Origin: Terriglobia bacterium
GTDB taxonomy: Bacteria; Acidobacteriota; Terriglobia; 20CM-2-55-15
DNA length: 64,000 nucleotides
Assembly (NCBI GenBank): GCA_963664115.2
Contig: CAXWPJ010000009.1
Location: forward strand, 1,056,001-1,120,000
Reading direction: 5' to 3'
Both the position numbers and the translations under genes were made by a program. Below, piece after piece: positions 1 through 10,057 of this stretch; position 1 is the first letter of the stretch, and each line of letters opens with the position of its first letter. The notes beneath the pieces were generated by a model that was given only the letters and a program-made list of their open reading frames with translations, ran no database searches and was not told the origin of the DNA.

Positions 1-2
1 AC

Positions 3-356
3 AGCCACGAAACCGGCGAGGACGACAACCAGGATTCGAACGCCAATGATCGGCCTCTGGGCGTATCGCGAAACAGTTTGATCGGGCCGTCATTCTTCGA
101 AATGGGCCTGGAACTGTCAAAGTCCATCATCCTCATACCCGAGGCCGAGAGTCGTGTGTTGGATCCCGCAGCCGGTGGCGGATATTTCGGCCGACGCTCG
201 GGTGTCCGGATGACAATCGTGGCCCAAGCCGAGAATGTCCTGAACCGCTTCAATGCCAGCCGCATCAGCGGCGTGGAATCCTCCCCGTTTTTCGGCCTGC
301 CGACCCGGGCCCGCGACGGCCGCAAGGTTTCTATGTCGGTGCGCTTCGACTTTTAA
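3..356 (+). CDS. C-terminal end of an Oar-like TonB-dependent receptor (5'-partial)
   Basis: The frame is open from the window edge: TGEDDNQDSNANDRPLGVSRNSLIGPSFF...NVLNRFN...SSPFFG...SVRFDF. It parallels the C-terminus of 12566-15007 and ends in Phe, typical of OM barrels. Confidence 0.8.
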   Translation, partial: SHETGEDDNQDSNANDRPLGVSRNSLIGPSFFEMGLELSKSIILIPEAESRVLDPAAGGGYFGRRSGVRMTIVAQAENVLNRFNASRISGVESSPFFGLPTRARDGRKVSMSVRFDF

Positions 357-707
357 CCCGCACGACCGCGTCCGCATTCCTGGGGTTTGAACCCTCGAGA
401 ATTAACCATGACGTTCAGGTCTGAAGGAATGGACGACGGAAGTGGGTCCCAACAGAGCGGCTATATGATTTTCGGTTGAACACGCTTGCGGGTGGACAAG
501 CGATGGGCCTTCACCGAGAAAGAGTCATCGCCTGGAAGTTGGGTTAATGCCTCTGGGTTGATGACGCCGTTCTCACTATTTCCTTCCGATTTACCACAAA
601 TCTCACAATCAGACGACCATGGAAACTGTTTGACCAACTTATTTGCGTGATAATATCTTACGCCATACAGGCACTGGTGACTCGACATTGAAAGGGAGAA
701 TAGAATC

Positions 708-2783
708 ATGTTGAAAAACTCGTTCCGTTTCTTGGTCCCTGGCGCTTTTGGGACTTTGGCGGCACTCCTTCTGCTGACCGGTACACAAGTCGGCATGATC
801 CTGGGAGAAGCCTCCCCCCCCCAACAGGGTGGGCTATCCCCAGAGACGAGGACTACGATCGAGTTGGAGCGCGCGCCTACACGGGAAATCAAAGATCCTT
901 ATCCTGGGTTCAGCGCGGTGGCAGTGGATGTGGCCAATGATGAAATCATTCTCCACGACGAAAACAATGCCCAGATCATGGTGTATAGCCGGCTGGACGA
1001 TACACCGGACCGGGCGACCCTGACCGAGCCTAAGCGGATCATCGGAGGGCCGGCGACGAATATCCAGATGAACTGTGGCATTTATGTGGACCCGTTTTCA
1101 GGGGACATCTATTCAGTGAACGGCGACACCGCGGATTGGATGGGCGTGTGGACTCGTGAGCAAAGGGGAAACGTCGCTCCCACCCGGGAGTTGGAGGCTC
1201 CGCATCGCGCTTTCGGCGTCGTGGTGGATGAAGAAGCCCAGGAGCTTTTCATGACCATCCAGCATCCGCCCGCAGTAGTGGTCTGGCCCAAGCTGGCCAA
1301 GGATCAGGATGCCCCCCTCCGCATTCTGGAAGGGGACAAGACCCAATTGGCCTCGGCACAGGGAATTACCATAGACACTGAAAATCAGTGGCTATATGTG
1401 AGCAATGTGGGCGCCACGAGCCGCAACAGCTTCAATCAGGGATGGTCCCGTGCCCTGATTCCCGGCTCTGCGACCTGGGAAATTCCGAACAGAATCTTGG
1501 ACTATATTCCCGGCTCCGGTGAATTCCGCCCCCCTTCGATCACGGTGCATGACCTGAAGGCAAACGGTGACACCGCACCTTTACGCGTGATCCAGGGGCC
1601 GTTGACCCAACTCAACTGGCCGGCACACATCTCGGTGGATGTAGAGAGCGACGAGCTTTTTGTGACCAACCCGGTCACGCATGAAATTCTCGTCTTCCGC
1701 GCCAGCGCCAGCGGCAACGTGGCTCCTATTCGCGTTCTGGGGGGGCCCCGGACGGGACTCAGTCATCCGCACGGCGTGTTTGTGGACCCGAATAACGACG
1801 AGCTCGTTGTGGCTAACTTCGGGAACCATTCGTCTACCGTTTACGCGCAGAACGCATCGGGCGACACCCCACCGCTCCGAACGATCCGGGCGGCTCCTGC
1901 CGACGCACCCGCCCCTATGTTTGGCAACATCGGGTCGGCGACCTACGACAGCATTCGGGATGAGCTTCTGGTGCCCAACTGAGTGGCCTTCCCGTCTATA
2001 GCGGCGTTCGCCAGGTTGGCGGACGGTAGTGTGGAAGCGACTCGAAGGATTGCAGGACAGGCATCGAAGGTTAGTCGTGCGGCGCACGACATTACTTTCG
2101 ATCCGGTCAATGATGAAATTATTGTGGCCAATCCCAGTGCCCAGGCCATCACAACGTTTAGGGGAGGGGCCGATGGAGACGAGGCGCCCCTACGGATCAT
2201 TCAGGGTCCGAACACGAACATCCAGTCACCGGGCTACGGTGTGACCGTAGATCCGGTCAACGACGAACTGTACGTGGTTGAAGGGAGATCGAGAAATACC
2301 TTCGGTGAAAGGCGTGAGGAGTACATTCTCGTGTTCCCCCGGGAAACCAATGGCGACGCTTCACCGATTCGTGTCATCCGGGGCCCGGACACTATGCTGG
2401 AGAACACACAGGCCATAGCGGTCGACCCGGTGCGTAACCTAATCGTCGTGAGCAGCAACAATGGGGCCCTGATCTTCAACCGGACCGACAACGGAAACGT
2501 GAAGCCCCGGGCAATCATCAGGAATCTGGATGGGGGGCGCACGATCAGCTCAAACTTCCGTCTGGTTCCCGAGACAGGCTACATCGTGTCGACAAGCCGC
2601 CGAGGCGGCATCGAGGTGTGGCACATTACTGATAACGGCGACGTCCCTCCGGCATATATCCTGAACAATCCCGACGGTGACATCGGGGGGGGGCGTGTCG
2701 CGCTGAACCCGAATGCGAAAGAGGTCATCGTTGCAGGACGGACAGCCGTGTCTGTCTATTCGTTCCCGGAAATTTTCGAGTAG
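708..2783 (+). CDS. Secreted NHL-like beta-propeller repeat protein, probable selenoprotein (in-frame UGA 1980-1982), 691 aa, paralog 1
   Basis: ORFs 708-1982 and 1983-2783 are contiguous and in frame. It has a hydrophobic N-terminal signal and G-[DN]-x-AP-x-R-x-I-x-G-x-x-T blade repeats on both sides of the TGA. A SECIS-like hairpin follows. Confidence 0.8.
2005..2025 (+). promoter_or_regulatory. Putative bacterial SECIS element (paralog 1)
   Basis: CGTTCGCCA-GGT-TGGCGGACG: 9-bp stem with one G-U pair and a G-led loop starting 32 nt after the UGA. Confidence 0.75.
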
Positions 2784-2795
2784 GCTGTGCAGGTT

Positions 2796-2822
2796 CGGAG
2801 GCATTCCGACGGAATGCCTCCG
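2796..2822. repeat. Perfect inverted repeat between convergent genes (terminator or REP-like)
   Basis: CGGAGGCATTCCG-A-CGGAATGCCTCCG. Confidence 0.6.
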
Positions 2823-2977
2823 ACGGCAAACGGAGGCAAGGCCAAAGCGTGATGTGAAGCCGCCGCCGAACTCGATAAAGATTCGCAAGACAAGAAGGTC
2901 GTAGCCTGCGCGACTTGACTCATCAAAGAAGTTCGAAACCCCGGTACCGAGCACTCGAACCCTAAAACCGAGCATTC

Positions 2978-5209
2978 CTAGAAGCTGAAAAGATTCGTCA
3001 GCTTGACGGTAAACGTGCGCTCGACGAGCTGACCGTTTCGCGTGTCCCGGAGGTCGTTATAAACAAGGTAAAGATCGCTCCGGGGATGGTGAATGAAGTT
3101 GAAGCGAATGTTGGAACTCACCTGGTGCGTGTCGGCGTTGTATTGAACGAAGCTATTGAGAAAGACCCGCGGTGAAAATCCGTAAAGCAGGCGCGCGCCG
3201 ACGAGAGTGGTCTGGAACGAGCCGTTCGGCAAACTCACCCGGTTGTGGCTGTAATTCACATTGATGTTCATATGGTAATTTGGCCTGAAACCCACAGCGC
3301 CACCGACGGACTTGCGATGGCCATGCCAGAACTCACCCAAATTGATGTTGACGTTTCCGGTAATCTTCCCTGTCTGGCTGCTGTTGAATCTCAATGAATA
3401 TTGGCGGTATCTGTAATCGCCCGCGTCGATCGCGAGATCCGATGCGTGTCCCCGTCTCAGGGATCGGATCAGAAAAGGGTTCACGAGCCGGTCGAAGGTT
3501 TCGGCGACAGTGAGATTGGCGCTTGCGCCGCTCTGCAACTCGATGCCAACGTTGACCTCCTGGTTACGAGTTGCCACTTTTCCGTTTCCACCTCCGTAGT
3601 AGTCCAGATAGGTCGAAAAGATCAGGTTTCGAACTATCCTGCTTTCTCTCAGGAGAGGCCGCCAGGCAAAATTTCCCGAGTACTGCGTCATGTCTCTGCG
3701 ACGGATGAAGCCCATCTCTGGATTGAAATTAGTTTGGACGGCGTGGTATTCCGCCCCAACGACCCATTCATCGTCGCGCCAGGCGGTCGCAAACTTCCTC
3801 GCCTGATCCTTGCCGGATTTGCCCGGCGTGTCGCTGCGGAGGAGGTAGGAGTCGAACTCCAGCCTTTCATAGAATTGGAAGTGCGCATCGGCGCCGTACA
3901 CGCGGTTGTAGTCGCCGGCTTCGGTGGATTGACGATTGGTGATCAACGAACCGATCCAGGAACTCGTGGAAAAATTCCGTTTGATGCGGCCAACGAGATA
4001 GTTGTTGGATGGTATCCGGAGGTCGTCATCTTTATTAAAGCTTTCGGTTTTCATGGTCAGAAAACCAAGGTCGTATCGTCCGACTTGTCCTGTAACGCGC
4101 GCGCCTCCAACAATGGGGACCGGCGTCCCACCGCTGAGACCGATGGATCGGCTGAAGAACGGAACCAGATTTACCCCACGTCCACTACCACCAAAATTAA
4201 AGGTGCCGGCGTTTTCGAGAAAGAAGTCGCGTTTTTCAGGGAAGAAAAGATTGAAGCGCGTGAGGTTTACCTGCTGCTGATCGACTTCGACCTGCGCGAA
4301 GTCGGTACGGTAGGTGGCGTCGAGAGTCAGCGAAGGTGTGAGGCTGTACTTTAGATCGACGCCGCCATCGTAGTCTGTCGTTGTCTGGATCGGGCCGTCT
4401 GTTTCACGAATCTGCGTGACCCCGGTTATCCCGAACGGCTTCACTTTCAAGTTACGGCCCTGGCGTATCCCTTCCAGGCCCTTGAGTGTGCCGGCCTGGG
4501 AGATTCGGCTCATGCCGTATCGGACGGGGATCGGCGACCAGAAGCTCTGTTCGTTTGTGCGGACAACGAAACGGTTCAGGTTGATGCCCCACTCCTGAGT
4601 GGGGGATTGTGAGAAACGGAGAGTTTTAAAGGGGATTGCGAATTCTGCAATCCAACTTTCGTCGTTCGTGCTGACCTTGACGTCCCACACGCTGTCCCAA
4701 TCATTATTGTATTGACCGTTGTTGGTGATGTGCGATTCGCGCTTCGCGCCCGCGGGATTCGTGCCGAACTGGTACGCGGACCGCCGGTCATGAAGGCTGT
4801 CGATAACCATAGAGACGCCGTCGGATTCCCGGGAAGTGAAGTCTTCTCTGAGAACAACGACATTGTCGGAGGGATCGGAATCGAAGCTGATGAAGCCGAC
4901 GTAGAGATTTTCGTCGTCATAAACGATGCGAACTTCGGTCCGTGCCTCCGACAGCTCTCCGGGCCGCGGGCGTAAGGTGAAGAATTCCGTTACGGGGCTG
5001 GCGAGATCCCATGCCGGCTCGTCCAGACGTCCATCAAGAACGATCTCGTCCGTGGCTCGAACCGCCGTCATGACCTTTTCCAGAGGGATGGTCTCGTAAT
5101 CAATCGCTGTTAGGGGCGAGCCGCTGCCACTTCCGTTTGCCTGCGCCCCGCCATAAGCTGCGACGGCGGACAGGAGGCAGAGTGCCAGTATCCGAGCCGA
5201 TGCATTCAT
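2978..5209 (-). CDS. DUF5916 / CBM9-like domain outer-membrane protein
   Basis: Signal peptide; LDGRLDEPAW, TEVRIVYDDENLYV, W-x-AEFAIPFKTLRF and DFAQVEVD...NLTRFNLFFPEKRDFFLE motifs; terminal Phe. Confidence 0.8.
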   Translation of the reverse strand: MNASARILALCLLSAVAAYGGAQANGSGSGSPLTAIDYETIPLEKVMTAVRATDEIVLDGRLDEPAWDLASPVTEFFTLRPRPGELSEARTEVRIVYDDENLYVGFISFDSDPSDNVVVLREDFTSRESDGVSMVIDSLHDRRSAYQFGTNPAGAKRESHITNNGQYNNDWDSVWDVKVSTNDESWIAEFAIPFKTLRFSQSPTQEWGINLNRFVVRTNEQSFWSPIPVRYGMSRISQAGTLKGLEGIRQGRNLKVKPFGITGVTQIRETDGPIQTTTDYDGGVDLKYSLTPSLTLDATYRTDFAQVEVDQQQVNLTRFNLFFPEKRDFFLENAGTFNFGGSGRGVNLVPFFSRSIGLSGGTPVPIVGGARVTGQVGRYDLGFLTMKTESFNKDDDLRIPSNNYLVGRIKRNFSTSSWIGSLITNRQSTEAGDYNRVYGADAHFQFYERLEFDSYLLRSDTPGKSGKDQARKFATAWRDDEWVVGAEYHAVQTNFNPEMGFIRRRDMTQYSGNFAWRPLLRESRIVRNLIFSTYLDYYGGGNGKVATRNQEVNVGIELQSGASANLTVAETFDRLVNPFLIRSLRRGHASDLAIDAGDYRYRQYSLRFNSSQTGKITGNVNINLGEFWHGHRKSVGGAVGFRPNYHMNINVNYSHNRVSLPNGSFQTTLVGARLLYGFSPRVFLNSFVQYNADTHQVSSNIRFNFIHHPRSDLYLVYNDLRDTRNGQLVERTFTVKLTNLFSF

Positions 5210-5563
5210 AGACCGCGCATTTTATCAGAGTGGGTGGGTGGAGACGTACTTGTGTCTGAGTTCCTGGTTTGTTTATCGATGAGCCCTCTGCAGGCGGGAG
5301 TTTTTCAAGGATTCGCCCGAGCGGCTTCAGCGATCGTCGAGGGGACACTCCTGATCTTGCGATTGTTAAGTGGAAGCAGTCACAACTACGGCTTTGAGTG
5401 GGTCCTGTTCGCTCGATTGGCAGCGTCCTTGGCTTGGCATCGCTCTACTGGGTCGTTTCAATTTGACTGATCCGTTTCCACGATCTCCTGCCTCCTATAT
5501 TTGAAACACATCAGCAGGAATTTGCCAATCTGACGAACTTGGAAATAAGTTTGACCGGGCTAA

Positions 5564-5645
5564 TATGAATGAGATATGGTACGCGCATTATGAATGAGAT
5601 TATGAATGAGATATAGTACGCATTATGAATGAGATATAGTACGCG
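5564..5645. repeat. Imperfect tandem repeat (4x TATGAATGAGAT) in a divergent promoter region
   Basis: Core starts at 5564, 5589, 5601 and 5624; three copies continue with AT[GA]GTACGC. Confidence 0.85.
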
Positions 5646-5752
5646 TTGTATCTGATTGCAGTAGTGTAAATCGGTTGCTCAATGATTCGTTTTGAGGCTC
5701 TTTTATTGGGTAGATCAAGGCCCCGTTAAGTGGGCCTGTGGAGGAAACGATT

Positions 5753-8700
5753 ATGAAGGTTGCGATGAGTGGAATGAAATGTCTGTTTGGGATAATTCTG
5801 ATCCTGGGGCTTGGCGGCGCTACAGCCTGGGCTCAGACGACCGGAGAGATCAGTGGTACGGTGACGGACACAAGCGGAGCTCTGCTACCGGGTGTCGAGG
5901 TGAGCGTGACCCAAACCGATACGGGTGCTACGCGAAACGCCGTGTCGAACGAGGTCGGAGGGTATGTGTTTACGAACCTGCCGTTGGGCCCGTATGAGCT
6001 GGAAGGGGCCTTGCCTGGATTCCAGACCTATGTGCAGACCGGCATTCTGTTACAGGTTGGCAGCGCGCCACGGATCAATGTCGTAATGGAGGTGGGTCAG
6101 GTCACCCAAACCATAGAGGTCCAGGCCAATAGGGTGATGGTAGAAACCCGGACATTGGGTGTGGCTTCCATCATGGAAAATGAACGCATTCTGGAACTGC
6201 CGCTGAACGGACGCCAGGTCGAGTCCCTGATCACGCTGGCCGGCGGCGCGGTTTCCGACGGCGGCCGCAGCAACCGGGCCCTGGGCGGAGAAGAGATTTC
6301 CGTGGCCGGCAGCTCGGTATACGCGGTGGACTATACCCTCGACGGCGCGAATCACATGAACTACACCAGTTCGGCGGGTCATGCCATGCCGTTTCCCGAC
6401 GCGCTGGAAGAGTTCAATGTGAGGACAAGCGGCCTGAGTGCTGAGAACGCACGGGCAGTCACGGTCGGAGCGGTGACCAAATCGGGTACCAACCAGTTCC
6501 ATGGCAGCGCGTTCGAATTCGTGCGCAACGACGCATTGAACGCGAGGGAATATTTCTCGCCGACGAACAGTACGCTCAAGCGCAACCAGTTCGGCGGCAC
6601 GTTCGGCGGGCCGATCATAGGGGACAAGCTGTTCTTCTTTGCCGCCGTCCAGTTCACCACCCTGCGTTCGGACCCGGCAAACGAGGTGGACATTCTGCCC
6701 ACTGAGGAAATGAAGCTGGGCGACTTCAGGAACTTCGGTTCAGAAGACTGCGAGGATCGAAATCTGAGAGACATAACGAATTGGGGCGGGCCGGACATAG
6801 ATTTCGACTTCAATGGCAACAACACGGTGGACCCGGCTCTGTTCAGCCCGGCTGCGATGAGTATCATCAACACGCTGCCCAGGCCGCAAGATCAGAAATG
6901 CGGCGAGTTCACCTACGGCATTTTGGAAGTCGATAACGCCTCCCAGTACGTGGGCCGGGTCGACTATACGGTCAGCGACCGTCACTCGGTGTTCGGACGC
7001 TACAACACATTCGGCAACCGCGCGCCGAGCCCGTTTTTAGCGGACCAGTCAAACATCCTGCTCGCGGACGTCCGCACGCTCGACAATCTGGGCCAGTACC
7101 TGGCGTTGGGCGATACCTATCTGTTTGGCGACAGCACGGTCAATTCATTCCGTTTCACCTACAACCGGGTGAAGGTCGGCCGTGACGGCACGACGTTCTA
7201 TTCCCCGTGTGACCATGGCGTCAATATGTACTGCGGGTACGTGCCGAAAACTTCGAACATTTCGGTCCGGGGCGGATTCGAGTTGAGCCAGACGTCGGCG
7301 CCGCTCGATTTTCTGTTCTCGCACGCCTTCGACGTCAACAACGATCTGAGCTTCATCATGGGAGACCACCAGATCACGGTCGGTGGAGGCATTAACCGCA
7401 CCTTACACCAGGCCAAGACCAGTTCGCGAGCCGTCGGCGACTTCGACTTTCGTACCGGAGGTTCCCGCGAAGCCGTGGCCAACTTCATGGTCGGATTCGT
7501 GGACCGGTTTATCCAGGGCGCGTTGAGCACCCACAACCCGATGCGATGGTTCCCCAGGGTGTATGCGACCGACACCTGGAGAGTGACGCCGACGCTCACC
7601 TTGAACTACGGGCTACGGTGGGATCCCCAGATGCCCGAGCACCGGTTGAACGACTCCGGTTTCAGTTGGACTCGGGAGAGATTCGACGCAGGCTTCCAAA
7701 GCAGTGTGTTCAACAACTCCGCTCCGGGTTTCTTCTACTTTGGCGATTCCGGGTTCCCCGACAACTCAGGGGGCATCGAGCCGATATGGAATCAGTTCGC
7801 ACCCCGAATCGGTTTGGCGTGGGATATGTTCGGCGACGGCAGCACTTCGCTTCGGACGTCCTACAGCTACAACTATGAAGTCGTACCCATGGAATGGGCC
7901 AACGAGATGGGCAACGCGCCGCCGTTCGGCAACCGTGTCGAGGTCAACCAGGTGCTTTTCGACGATCCCTGGAGGGGCACCTTCAATCCCCATCCCTTCG
8001 ATCTGGATGCAAACGTACCTTTCGGGAGCGGCGGAAATTACCCCATCCTGCCGACGGACTTTTCCCAACCCGATACCTCGTCGTGGAACCTGAGCATCCA
8101 GCGACAGCTTCCGGGCAACACGCTCGTGTCGGCGACCTATGTGGGTAACATCACAAACCACTTCATGGGCGTGCGGCAGATCAACCCGGCAGTCTTTTTC
8201 CCGGGTGAGACCGATGCGAACGGCAACTGCTCTGCCCAAGGCTTTACGATCAAAGCCGATTCCCGGGGCCGTTCAGGCCGCACCTGCTCGGTGTTCGGGA
8301 ACACGCAACAGCGGCGCGTTTTGAACCTGTTGCGTCCTGGAACCGATACCGGACTCCAGGGTTCCCTGCTGCAACTGGGAGCGATGACGGATCGGAGCCC
8401 GGAGGGCACCCAGCGCTACGCCGGCCTGATCACGAGTGTCCAAACCCGCCCCTCGGAACGTCTCAACTTCAATGCGAACTACACCTGGGGCCACTGCATC
8501 GGCGACTACACGTCGGGCAGTCCGACGGCCGGCCCGAACACAGACCAGACCCAATTGAAACCTCTGGATCGGCGGTTTGATTGGGGCGACTGCAATCTGG
8601 ACCGGCGGCACATATTCAATTTGACATCGGTGTTGGGTACGCCCGATTTCGCGAATAACACGACTCGCATGCTGCTGGGCAACTGGAGGTTAGCAGTCAT

Positions 8701-9151
8701 CTACAGAGCGTCTTCGGGCGAGAAGTCGTCGATCTTTACCTCCGACGACGACCTATCATTGACCGGGACCGCGACAGGCCACCAGCGCGGCAATCAGATA
8801 CTCCCCAGCGTTTATCTGAACAAGAGCGCCGGTCCCAACGAACGGTACCTCGATCCGGACGCTGTCGCGGACCCGGCTGAAGGCGCGTTTGGGAATTTAG
8901 GACGCAACAGCGTGGTGGGGCCCCGGCAATGGGACTTCGATGTCGCCCTGTCGCGAGTCTTCAACGTCGGCGAAACCTCGAGGATTGAGTTTCGAGCCGA
9001 GGCGTATAACCTCACGAACAGCTTCCGGGCGACACCGGGCGACGTAGATTTCTTTACGATCGACGATAGGAACTTCGGCCGATTCAACGCTGCAAACGGG
9101 AGTGCCCGGTCTCCACGAATCCTGCAGGGTGCCTTGAAGTTCGTCTTCTAG
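5753..9151 (+). CDS. TonB-dependent receptor, Oar-like, with carboxypeptidase-regulatory-like N-terminal domain
   Basis: GGAGG RBS; signal peptide; ISGTVTDTSGALLPG, ELPLNGR, TKSGTNQFHGSAFEF, NQFGGTFGGPI and FAPRIGLAWD motifs; ends LKFVF. Confidence 0.92.
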   Translation: MKVAMSGMKCLFGIILILGLGGATAWAQTTGEISGTVTDTSGALLPGVEVSVTQTDTGATRNAVSNEVGGYVFTNLPLGPYELEGALPGFQTYVQTGILLQVGSAPRINVVMEVGQVTQTIEVQANRVMVETRTLGVASIMENERILELPLNGRQVESLITLAGGAVSDGGRSNRALGGEEISVAGSSVYAVDYTLDGANHMNYTSSAGHAMPFPDALEEFNVRTSGLSAENARAVTVGAVTKSGTNQFHGSAFEFVRNDALNAREYFSPTNSTLKRNQFGGTFGGPIIGDKLFFFAAVQFTTLRSDPANEVDILPTEEMKLGDFRNFGSEDCEDRNLRDITNWGGPDIDFDFNGNNTVDPALFSPAAMSIINTLPRPQDQKCGEFTYGILEVDNASQYVGRVDYTVSDRHSVFGRYNTFGNRAPSPFLADQSNILLADVRTLDNLGQYLALGDTYLFGDSTVNSFRFTYNRVKVGRDGTTFYSPCDHGVNMYCGYVPKTSNISVRGGFELSQTSAPLDFLFSHAFDVNNDLSFIMGDHQITVGGGINRTLHQAKTSSRAVGDFDFRTGGSREAVANFMVGFVDRFIQGALSTHNPMRWFPRVYATDTWRVTPTLTLNYGLRWDPQMPEHRLNDSGFSWTRERFDAGFQSSVFNNSAPGFFYFGDSGFPDNSGGIEPIWNQFAPRIGLAWDMFGDGSTSLRTSYSYNYEVVPMEWANEMGNAPPFGNRVEVNQVLFDDPWRGTFNPHPFDLDANVPFGSGGNYPILPTDFSQPDTSSWNLSIQRQLPGNTLVSATYVGNITNHFMGVRQINPAVFFPGETDANGNCSAQGFTIKADSRGRSGRTCSVFGNTQQRRVLNLLRPGTDTGLQGSLLQLGAMTDRSPEGTQRYAGLITSVQTRPSERLNFNANYTWGHCIGDYTSGSPTAGPNTDQTQLKPLDRRFDWGDCNLDRRHIFNLTSVLGTPDFANNTTRMLLGNWRLAVIYRASSGEKSSIFTSDDDLSLTGTATGHQRGNQILPSVYLNKSAGPNERYLDPDAVADPAEGAFGNLGRNSVVGPRQWDFDVALSRVFNVGETSRIEFRAEAYNLTNSFRATPGDVDFFTIDDRNFGRFNAANGSARSPRILQGALKFVF

Positions 9152-9178
9152 TCGGCGGTAGCTGCAATCGATCCCGAT

Positions 9179-9235
9179 AAAGGGACGGATTCCTCTCCTC
9201 ATCGTGCTGTTCGAGGAGGGGGCCGTCCCTTTTTG
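9179..9235 (+). terminator. Rho-independent terminator
   Basis: AAGGGACGG...CCGTCCCTT stem followed by a T-run, just after the receptor stop codon. Confidence 0.7.
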
Positions 9236-9390
9236 TGCCTGTGGGAGGCTGGGTCGCGTACGAGGGGATGGCCTGGGACTGTTCCCGGTGTTTAGAACTG
9301 GGACCGCATCCCGATTTCAAATAGGCAAGAGGCCTGCCCCACGATAACACCGCGCCCACCGGCTATTCCGGGAGCCGGGCGATCAGGTCG

Positions 9391-9522
9391 TTACGGCTTT
9401 ACGCAGCACACACACGAGCAGTGGCACCGGCTTGGATCGGCCTCGCACTTGCAGGAACAACCTTCCGGGCCACAGTCGCAATTTTCGCAGCACTTACATT
9501 GGCACTGATATTCGGTGGGCAT
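9391..9522 (-). CDS. Cys-rich metallothionein-like microprotein (43 aa, 14 Cys)
   Basis: MPTEYQCQCKCCENCDCGPEGCSCKCEADPSRCHCSCVCCVKP; AAGGAG RBS 7 nt upstream of the ATG. Confidence 0.75.
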   Translation of the reverse strand: MPTEYQCQCKCCENCDCGPEGCSCKCEADPSRCHCSCVCCVKP

Positions 9523-10057
9523 GTCAATTCTCCTTCTTCGCCGGTAATTATAATCTACTGACAGCAGCGCACGATCCTCAAGCAGCGCAACCGGTGGACA
9601 GTGGGTCTTTTCAAAATAGATCGCGATCATCTTCTGCAGCGCGGCGGGTCCGGGTGACAATCCGGCGACTGTAGCGTCGCTTAGTATGGGGCGGGCCGTC
9701 CTCGCGGGCCGAAGCTCGACCATTTCAAATCACCACCTTCTTTGAACCATCGATATGGCGATCTGAATTGCACTGTCGCTGGGGGATCCTCAACCTACCG
9801 ATACCCCTAGCTGCTCGCCGGATCCAGGATCCAGCCTAGTCGCCAAGCTCCACCCGTGTAATTCCATTGACCGTCCGGCCCGTATTTAACGAACCAAAGA
9901 ACGAAACCCGCCTGGAAAGAAGTTGTGGTGTTTAATTGGCTATTATAGTATGTGCGATAAGGCTCTCTGCCTGCCCTGTCTGCCCGATATGAATGTTGTC
10001 GCAGCTGATGCCTGAGGTGATTTCTGATCTGAGACCTGACTGTTTAAAGGAGACGGA

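Noticed and set aside
5564-5645. CRISPR array
   Set aside because: The repeat core is only 12 nt, there are no unique spacers and no cas genes.
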